A DNA stretch of 64,000 bases, taken from contig CM041465.1 in the NCBI GenBank assembly GCA_023213395.1, forward strand, positions 91,023,741-91,087,740. The letters are read 5' to 3'. Positions 53,690 through 64,000 of the stretch are shown piece by piece. The stretch is from Cycas panzhihuaensis (lineage: Eukaryota > Plantae > Cycadophyta). The translations under genes and the position numbers were made by a program. A model generated the notes under the pieces. The model saw nothing but the letters and a program-made list of their open reading frames with translations, was not told where the DNA came from and did no database searches. The number at the start of each line of letters is the position of its first letter. The stretch's first letter is position 1.

Positions 53690-56600
53690 GGTAACTAAAT
53701 CTCAGTTAAGTACAGTGTTGGAGTCGATATAATTCTCCCTATTTGAGATGGGGTAACTTCCAAATACTACTACCCAAAAGGCTAAAGTACTATTGCCTTA
53801 ATGGCTAAAAACATCTTACCAAATTAGTGTCAGGATGCCTAGGAATGAATCCCCTGGGTCCTTTATATAGTTGGATTTTACCTCCATATAGAATTTGACC
53901 AAGACATGGTGAAATACTAGCGTGAATATCACCTATAAGTAAGTTAGAACAATGCTTTTAAGTCAACCAAGATTGAGTAATTGTTGGGGTTAATGTTCAT
54001 CACCCCACTCCTACCTTTCACACATGTGAGTACACATATGTTAAGGTAAGTCAGGTAAGGTTAAGTTGATTTGAGTTAAGTTATCAAGTTATGTAATATT
54101 TTATTGTTATTTGAGGGGTGTTCTTAGTGTCTTTAGACACTGCCTATATTGGAAATTTGCTATGTACTCACTCAAAGATAGATTGAATACAAAAAGCTTA
54201 TGTGTTTATGTAACAATGTTTTGACTATTTGATTATGCTCTACTGTGTCTCCATCATTGTATGATCCTTCATTTGGTATCAAAGCTTGTTTAGCTCCTTC
54301 ATTTGGTATTAGACCATAGATCCTACGTACATTAGCTCAGATTTTGGCCTGTTAAAGTTTTTTTTTTGAGAAGAAAGAAGATCCATTAGCATCTGAAGTA
54401 GATCTACTCATGACAAGCTAAATATTGGTTATATTCATTTTCTGTAAATCTTATTAGTAGTTTCTTATATTATTTTTCATTAAAGATCTGATTATTTCTG
54501 ATTTATATTTGTAAAATAACCCATGTTTTCATAGATCTATGTAGGATCACAGCTACAATTAGTAAATATTCAAGATTTCATTACTCTATAAAGTTTTTAT
54601 TAATAAGTTTTATATATTTTATCAAATACTTGGCCATTTTTGGTGATTTTATCTATTTATTTAATATTTTTTCTAGATCTATGTAATAGTTGTTGTATAT
54701 TCAGCCTAACAACTTTCTTGGAGAAGTTATACTATAAGTTTTATTGTATACTCACTATTTTTTTCAGGTTTTGGTAAGCATAGGTTGATATTCATTTTAC
54801 TGATCTATCTCTTCATCTGCTTGATGAAAGTGCAGTATATAACTGCTTATTGGATTCCTAACAAGCTCATCTGTCTACTGGAGAAATCGGCTCAAAATTT
54901 TGCCTTGTGTAGAAAAAGATCTCATCCTCGAAAGGTAACTCTCTGCAAATTGGACACTGTCACTTTACTTGTTTTTTATTTTTTAATTTATATGTAAATG
55001 TTTTTTGCTTAAATATTCCTCCATTGATATTATGAGTGAGAAGATTGTATTGCATTGTATTGAGCTTCTATATTTTAGCCCTCACCCTCTGATCTAAGTA
55101 TTACGACTTAAAATTTCATCCTCTCTAGAAGGAGATCTAAGTCTTTTATGTTTTATATAAATATATATATATATATTTTGTTGGGGTTAATACTCATCAC
55201 CCCACTCCCACCTTCCAACCAGGAGTGCACACCTCACACTCATCAATTTACACATGTGGTTGCTCACATGTATAGGTAAGTATAAAGTAAGTTTAATTTG
55301 ATTTAAGTTAATTTGAGTTAAGTTATTATTTTATTGTTGTTTGATTTTTAGGGGTTGAGGAGTTTCCTTCCTCCCACAAACTATATGTTTTGAGGGGTGT
55401 GCAACCTTGGTGTCTTTAGACACCGCATTCATTTTGGACATTTGTAATACTCTCTTCACAACAATGGATTGAATATACAAGTTTTATGTGTTTATACTAC
55501 TATACAACAATGATGTATTGATTTATGATTATCTTTTTTATGTTCTACCCTGTTCTCTATCATATATGTTTCCTACATTTAGTATCAAGGCAAGAATATC
55601 TATTAGCATTTTGATGGCCTATTGAAGTTTTTTGAGAAGCAAGAAGATTTATTGATATCTATAGTAGATCTACTCACAATCTAGCAAATATTGGTCATAT
55701 TCATTTTCTACAAAGTTTATTAGCAAGTTTCTTGTATTTTTTATTAGATCTGCTTATTCTTAAAGATATACTTGTGATACAATAAATATATTTTAGATTT
55801 TCTTCAGATTTGTACATGTGCATAGTTGCAAACAACAAATATCAAGATGTTATCACTCTACCTAAGGTTTTATCAACGAGTTTTATATATTTTTATCAAA
55901 TATTTGATATTTTTCAAGTATATTTTATCTATTTATCCAATACTCTTTTCAGATCTATGTAGGAGCATGGCTACAAGCAGTATTTATTCAAAGTTTTCTT
56001 CAGATTTGGTATATATCCTTTAGATCTGCTCATTTTATCAATTATTTAACAGTTTTTTGATTTATTTTGTTTAGATCTACAATATCTACTCAAGATCTGT
56101 AATATTTGCTTCAAATCTGTAATATTGGCTATAGATCTGCAATACTTACTTCATATCTATAATATTTATTAAAATTTTCTTTCAGATTTGTATATTTTAT
56201 TATATATTTGACTATTTTTTCAAGTTCTTTTTTTAAATCTATAAGTTTTGGTGCATATTCAGCCCAACAAGCCATATATCATAGAAGATCTACATTATGA
56301 AGAAATCTGTTTGAAGTTTTGATTTGTGTCGAAGAAGATCTCATCTTTGGAAGTCAACCTACTACAAATTTTCTATAGCTGCATACCATGTTCTTCATAT
56401 TTATTTTCAGATTTAAACACATATATATTTCTTAGTTTTGTAATACATTTTCTCCAATATATTTAAAAATTTTCTTGGTTACGCCACTATATTTGTTACT
56501 TGGATAGTTTATGCACATCCTGCAACTCTTGGGTTTCTACTTCAGATTGTAATTTAAAGACAGATTTGAAGATTTAAGACGAATGTTTTTCTTTTTTCTT

Positions 56601-56847
56601 GTAAAGGATATGAACTCATATTCCTTTTGAGATTCACGATATATTTTTTGGAGTGGCTCCCTTCTTAGACGAATTTATCCTTGCTTATAAGAGATTATTT
56701 TCTACAAAATTTAGAACCAATGCATAATAGTTCCAGCAAGAGATGTGCATATAGTTCATTACCTTCACCTTATTTTTTTCTATCCAACATCTCCATCATT
56801 ATTTTCCATCATTTATTATCACCTCCATCATTTTATTTTTATTATTT

Positions 56848-56934
56848 AGCAAATTGGTTGCTATGACTAGGCTGCAATCCAGGGTCATATGTTTGGGAAG
56901 CTAGATAGGTGAGGGCAGTCACAACATCACCAAT
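56848..56934 (-). pseudogene. Captured fragment of a PBS1/PBL27-type (RLCK-VII) kinase C terminus
   Basis: Reverse strand translates IGDVVTALTYLASQTYDPGLQPSHSNQFA, matching the RPLIGDVVTALTYLASQ.YDP signature. Confidence 0.8.
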
Positions 56935-57450
56935 CTGCTAACACAAACACCATTGCATTCCACTAATAATCGAGCCCGCAAATAGCCTGCACTTATATAC
57001 AATAGAAAAGAAAAATCACCTCAAAGTTCGATGAATGTAATCAACACCCTGAACCCATAACCTCTTTTAGGGTTTTATAATATCCATTGGAAAAATGGTT
57101 TTGAAATACATAGGTGGTGCTATATAAATAATAAAAAAAAAGAAAAAGAAAAAGAAAAAACACCATAATAGAACTAAATAGAATCAATTGCCTTAACCCA
57201 ATATTGTCCTATAGCCTCCTGTGTTCCCATCATTCTTAAATGTTGTCCTAAAGTATGTTCACCTGGTTGACTATATAATGAAGAGAATTGAAGCAAACAC
57301 ACAGCTTGGGCGTTAATAAAACATTAATTTGGCTAGAACGCTTGTCATCTGGTAATCTTGGATCATCCACTTTTTTCGAAGGCTCCCATCTCTCTTACTG
57401 AAGAATTCATTTAATCCATTCTGAGATTCTGGCAAGCTGCATATTTATCC

Positions 57451-57555
57451 ACCACATTTTCGTACCAGCATTTCAAGCAGCAATCGAACCTTTGCTTTGA
57501 AGTGGGTTTTCCTGTCACCCGACCAACGTAATAACCCTAACATTACAACTTTAAA
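57451..57555 (-). pseudogene. Captured fragment of an RRP12-like (ARM-repeat ribosome biogenesis) gene
   Basis: Reverse strand translates KVVMLGLLRWSGDRKTHFKAKVRLLLEMLVRKCG, recognisable as the plant RRP12 GLLKW.DD.KNHFKAKVKLLLEMLV.KCG segment. Confidence 0.8.
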
Positions 57556-59537
57556 GCGGGTATCACATTCTGGGCAATACAACTTAATGATCAGCTTCGT
57601 TAGAATTATTGGGTCATACAACCAAGGATCTAATCAGTTGGCTAAGCTCTGTGAATAGAGGGTTATCGTAGTCATCTCCTTGCATGATAATTTCTAGAAA
57701 AGTACATGCAACTCGCTGTTTCGTAGATGTTAGGGGCCATTGTCTATGCTGCCATTGGGAAATTGCCAAGCTATTACCAACATAATCATATCATTAAAGA
57801 TCCACCACCTCTGAGATGCAAATAGCTACTTGACAGTGCATGTTTCAAGTAAATTTAGCTCAAGTTCAATGTATATTGAGCCAACACTTAGAAGACTCCA
57901 GAAAAAGTAGTTTAGACGGTTCGTGATTCCAACTGTCAGGCCTCTCCCTCGCGCCTGCTGCCTTTCCATCGAGCTATTGATTCACTATCTTTGAGCCATT
58001 TTTTTCCATCTGCGTATTCAGGAGGTGGCGGCAACGTGTTTCTTTTGGTTCAAACGTCTTTTTATTTTTTATATATTTTTTATTTTTTATAAAGTTAAAA
58101 GAATCAAACTAAATCTTATAAACTTTTAAATCTAGGGTTTAAAGGCTAAGCCCCCTTTGGCGTTTAGCCCCTGGTCTCATATTCATATTTATATGACCTT
58201 TAGCGCAGTTTCAAAGGGGCTAACATAATCTTCATCATATTTTTTATTTTATTTTATTTTATTTTTTCATTAAACATAGGGTACCTGGTAAATTTTTATC
58301 GTAGCATCTCACTAGGTCATTGGTTTTTGATGAAACCTATCCTATTGCATCTGAAATTTTTTGAAGTGTAATTTTGACTGATCATATGACCTATTTGGAG
58401 CTGATTTGACCAATTTTCAGTCAATTTAAAGTCAATCAGTAATTTTTTTAGCTTTTTTAAACTATTTTTACAAAATCACCTTTTTGTTAGATTATATTTT
58501 ATTACAGGGTGATTATTTTCTACCTGGATTTATTCTGCAATCATCTACTATCAATAAATTTCATTACCGTTTATTTATTTTATTTTTTAAGATTTATTTT
58601 AATCACTATTTTAATCGACTAAAGTGACACTTTAGTGTCCTTTAACACTTTTTAAACATTTTACCATAAAAGTACTTGTTGCCATTTTCATTATAACGTT
58701 TTTGTTTTATATCAAAATTCAGATCCGTCAATTTCGTTAGTAAGTTGATTCACTTCTCTATGAACTGACACTATTATTTATAAGTTTTCAAAGTGTTTTT
58801 ATTGATTTTTAAAGACATCAAAGTTGAGGTACTTAATAGCCTACAATTTGCCATTATTGTATATTTACATATATTATTTCTCAAAATTTTTTAGTTGAAA
58901 ATATATTGAGCAGCTTTCGAAACTATAATTGATTAGTTTACAACATTCTATAAGTATCTTATTAGTATTTTTATAATATTTTTGAGCCCAAGGCTGTTAA
59001 GCCTAAAAAAGAGGACTGTATCTTTGATTTACTTAAATATTGACTTGCAAGAGCTTGTTTTCAAAACAGTCAGTTCACTTGAATAGTTTTTTTCGTTGGT
59101 CTTCATACTGGTATAATTTCACTTTATTTTGACTTTATTTAGTATAGCTTTGAAGCTGCTAAACTTGAGCATCAAAGTATATCCTAACAAGATTATCTGA
59201 AGAACCTTTTATTTTTCATCATCAAAGTTTCAATTAAGATTTGCATAATTAAGAGGATCTTAGTTATATTTAAATTTACTTATATATTCATCATATTTCA
59301 AAGTTTATCTGAAATTATATCTTATAAGTTTGTCATTTATTTGAAAGATATTTTATTCATTCTTGTTGAAAAGATCATTAACTTTGCATTCACTTTCAAA
59401 TGCATTTTTTTAAATTTTCACAGGGTATTACATTTCTTTCAAAGAGTATATTTGACATCATATAAGTTTATTCATTTATTGACTTTTTTAACTTAGTGGA
59501 AGTATATTCCTTTTTATATACTAAAGTTTTTGGTAAA

Positions 59538-59855
59538 ATGGCAATCAATCTTAATCAAGTACAATTTCCTACATTCGATGGCCATAATTTTACATTATGG
59601 CATCAAACAATGCAACATTATTTTATTACACATGATCTTTTGAAATATTTACAAGATGATTATGATGTTAATATTAAGGAAAACATTAAAAATGATAATG
59701 AAGCCCTAGCTTTAATATTTTGCACTATAAATGATGATGTCTTTTCTCAAGTTTGTGAGCTAACAACTTCTAAATCTGTGTGGTACATTTTAATTTCTAC
59801 TTATGGGGGAGATACCCTCAATGAATTTAGCATTAATGTTGAGCATATGAGATAA
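59538..59855 (+). CDS. Truncated copia-type Gag N-terminal ORF of element H
   Basis: MAINLNQVQFPTFDGHNFTLWHQTMQHYF...DNEALALIFCTINDDVFSQV...SKSVWYILISTYGG is a typical copia gag start. No pol lies between it and the PPT. Confidence 0.8.
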   Translation: MAINLNQVQFPTFDGHNFTLWHQTMQHYFITHDLLKYLQDDYDVNIKENIKNDNEALALIFCTINDDVFSQVCELTTSKSVWYILISTYGGDTLNEFSINVEHMR

Positions 59856-61402
59856 GTGCTAGAACAGGTGGATTGTAATAAAAAGACCAAAGAAAATTTA
59901 AGTTAAATATATGATCATCTTGTTGCACAAGAACCTGATCCTACATTTAAGGGGGAGAGATGTGATGATATGACAATTACACATAACATAAAGACTTCAG
60001 AAGATAAAGTTCAAGTTTAATGTTTTCTTAACGTTTTAGTTAACAAAGTCAAAGTTGCTACCACACCTCCACATTTCAGTCAAGCTACATTTACTTATAG
60101 TTTTTTTACACCATTCAATAGTGAAAACATACACATTAGTAAAAGGATAAAGCAAGTTGATAATGATCAAGCCAAAAGATAAATTTTTAAATTTTTTTTC
60201 AAGTACAAATTTTACAAGTTCAAAGAGAAGACATTGTTCATGATGATCATTAAGGGGAAGAATGTTGGGATTAATGCTTATCAACCTACTCCCACCTTCC
60301 AACCAGGAGTACACACATCACACTCATCAATTTACACATATAGGTACTCACATGTATAGGTAAGTATAAGGTAAGTTTAGTTTGATTTAAGTTAATTTGA
60401 GTTAAGTTAAGTTATTATTTTATTATTGTTTAATTTTTAGGGGTTGAGGAGTTTCCCTCCTCCTCCAAACTATATATTTAGAGGGATGTGCAACCTTAGT
60501 GCCTTTAGACACTGCCTTCATTTTGGACATTTGTAATACTCTCTTCATACCAATGGATTGAATATACAGGTTTTATGTGTTTATGCTACTATGCAACAAT
60601 GATGTATTGATTTATGTTTATATTTTTTATGTTCTGCCCTGTTCTCCATCACATTTTTTTCTTACAATTTTAAATATTTATTCATTATATTTTACATTTA
60701 CTCCATTTGAATATAGGCCCTGAGAGCCTGTGTGGCGGTGAGATCTAATGAGCTAGATCTCTCTTTTATAACCTGCTACTCTATGTGGCAATCAAAGTTT
60801 TTTTTAATATTATTTATATATATAAATATTTTAGTTCAAACATATTTGTGGAAGATAGAATATTAGGCGCTCCATAAATCTCTTACATCTAGTTATCAAG
60901 CCATACAAGATAGCTAATAACGACTGCACCATCATGTATATGTACCTCTCTTAATCTATCAAGCTTTGCAAGATTCCTCATAAGCCTTTATAAGGGGCCA
61001 GGGGTGATTATTATTGCAAACCCCTATCATGTTGCTCAATATTAACGACCATTTCTGAATCTATTGGGTCTTTACAAGCGCTTAGTACACGCAACCACCA
61101 TTGCTGCAACTTTTGATTTAGCTGTTGAGGAATAATTCTCTAGAGTAACGTGATCAACCCTATCAATACCCAAATTGTACTCATTACTCCCATGACATCT
61201 TGATCCATCGACACTCTTCCTGGCTAGTTGTACCCATGTTTCCGCCATCACTCATGGGTATCTCTTTCTCACCTAAGAGAGTTAAATCTAAATCCTATGC
61301 GATCTCCATGGCATTATAAGTCAACCTGTATGCCTTGCTATCGATGCCAAATATGGCAAATTTATAAGTTTAAAGGAGGCCCAATCCCACTCTAAAATTC
61401 TA

Positions 61403-62092
<690 letters not shown>

Positions 62093-63931
62093 TATCTCTA
62101 TCTCCACTACCCTTTCGAAACAATAATTTTTCTAGTTTGATCCTTGCTTGAATGCTCGTTATTCTCTTCTTAGTAATGCTCCATTTTAAGAGACAAAGTT
62201 TAGCTGCGACTCTTGCTAGGGCTTCGACTTCTGGGGCTTCAACTATGTGATAATGAGCGACTACGACTATGGCTATTGAATAATTAAAGCCCAAAAAATA
62301 AAAGATTCATGGAAATATGAGCAACATGACTTGCATTCTATAGACGGCGATAGTAGCGGCATATTATCCTTTGTTTATTTTTTATTTTTTATAAAGTTTG
62401 AATTAATAAAATTAAATTGAATATTATTTAAATTCTAGATTTAAAAGGCTTAAGCCCCCTTTGGTCTTGGCCCTTGGTTGTATGTTCCCTCCATGTGACC
62501 TTTAGCTTGTTGCTAAAAGGGCTTTTCAACTTTATAAATTTTTTTCCTTTTATTTATTTATTTTTAAATTTTCTTTAAAACATAGGGTACCTGTTTAATT
62601 TCTTCAATATCTCCTCACTAGGGTATTGATTTCTGACAAAACCTATCCCATTGAGTTTGAAATTTTCTGAGGTATGATTTAGACTAGTTATTTTCCATAT
62701 TTAGAGCTGATTTGACTTATTTCTAATTAGTTTAAGTCAATCCTTTTTAAAAAAGGCCTAATTTTAGATTATTACTATAAAAAGTACTTGCTGCTATTTT
62801 CATTATAACGTTTCTGTTACACTTCAGAATTTAGTTTCGTCAGTTTCATTGGGAACCTGACTCGTTCCTCTTTGAACCGACACTATTATTTATAAGTTTT
62901 AAAGTGTTCTTGTAGAATTTCAAAGCCATCAACGTTGAGGTATATAATATCCTTTAACTTATCATTATTACATATTTTTATATATTATTTCTCAAGTTTT
63001 TCAACTAAAAAGTATATTAAGTAGCTCTCTAAACTATATTTGATCATTTTACAGTGTTCTATAAGATTTTTACTAGCATTTCATAATATTTTGAGCCCCA
63101 TGCTTTTGTTAAGCCTAAAAAAAGGGACTCTATCTTTTGTACATTAAAATCATGACTTGTAGGAACTCATTCTCAAAACAGACAGTTTCGTTGACTAAAT
63201 ATTTTATTGATAGTTAAATTGGTGTAATTTCACCTTATTTTGACATTATTTAGTATAACTTTGAAGCTGCTTAACTTAAGCATTCAAGATATCCTAATAG
63301 GCTTGTTTTCCAAAACTTTTTTTTCAATGAGTTCTTTATTTGATTTCTTATTGATCACTTATAATACATGTTAGATGCTTTCATTTGAATTTCATATAAC
63401 TTCTTTTAAGCTAATTTATAGTATAAATTAATCATATATATCTCAAGCAAGTGATAAGCCAAGTGGTCCTGCAACTCAAAATAAGTACATTTCATTTTTT
63501 TGTTGGAAGTTTCTTCTTCATCTTTTATCTTTCTAAAGTGAAAATATACATATATATTTCAGATTTTTAGCATTATATATATCTTCATCAAGACAAAAAA
63601 AGATTTATTACATTAAAAAAGAAAGTCATTCTTTGCTCAAGTTAAGTGCTTATTTGTTTAAAAAATAAAAAATCTTAGAATTTTTTTCTATTATTTTTTT
63701 TATTAAAAATTTTATTTCAGATCTGCATAGTTTAAAAGATCTTAGTTATTTTTTAAATTTGCTCATATCATTATTATATTTCAAAGAGTCTATTTAAAAT
63801 TATATATGATAAGTTTATTAATTTATTAAGTTCTTTAATTCCTTCTAAAGGCACATAGTTTATTGATAAGTACAAAAAGTTCACTTATAAAGCATATATA
63901 TTTTTTATTATGTACTAAAGTTTTTATACAA

Positions 63932-64000
63932 ATGGCAATCAATCTAAATAAAATATAATTCCCTATATTTGATGGCCATGATTTTTCACAATGGCATAAA
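63932..64000 (+). pseudogene. Start of element G gag (cut off by the window end)
   Basis: MAINLNKI*FPIFDGHDFSQWHK, paralogous to the 59538 ORF, with a probable CAA>TAA stop. Confidence 0.85.

Larger units (their letters stand above)
55179..60666 (+). mobile_element. Element H: complete 5.5-kb non-autonomous gag-only LTR element with host-gene cargo, nested in G
   Basis: LTRs 55179-55577 and 60263-60666; degenerate PBS TAGTATCAAGGC; PPT AAGGGGAAGAA at 60252-60262; ATTT on both flanks. Confidence 0.92.

Noticed and set aside
57557-57586. KLYCPEC as casein kinase II beta
   Set aside because: The match is only about 7 residues and the flanks do not fit; left unidentified.

Overview
AT-rich plant nuclear DNA; the long intron and dense, decayed retroelements suggest a large genome such as a gymnosperm (inference). 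The only host gene is the 3' end of a CONSTANS-like (COL9/COL10-type) CCT-domain gene on the + strand: exons 6282-6628 and 6791-6920, preceded by an intron of more than 6 kb holding TE debris. The rest is a stack of retroelements that can be resolved from LTR pairs, PBS/PPT sites and target-site duplications. A short-LTR element (A, 10955-43710) hosts a Ty3/gypsy (B, itself hosting a gag+protease-only element E), a CRM-like Ty3/gypsy (F) and a gag-only element (C, hosting a Ty1/copia D). Two L1-clade LINEs with TSDs follow, then two related non-autonomous gag-only LTR elements (G, with H nested inside it). Most interesting: G and H each carry a different antisense mosaic of short host-gene fragments (TH2 TenA-HAD joined in frame to WDR5 at a microhomology; RRP12; a PBS1/PBL27-type kinase; several unidentified pieces). 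The cargo sits in the same slot, just upstream of a conserved stem-loop module and a truncated copia-type gag, which suggests a gene-fragment-capturing ('Pack-LTR'-like) family. All homology calls are from motif recognition by eye, not database searches.
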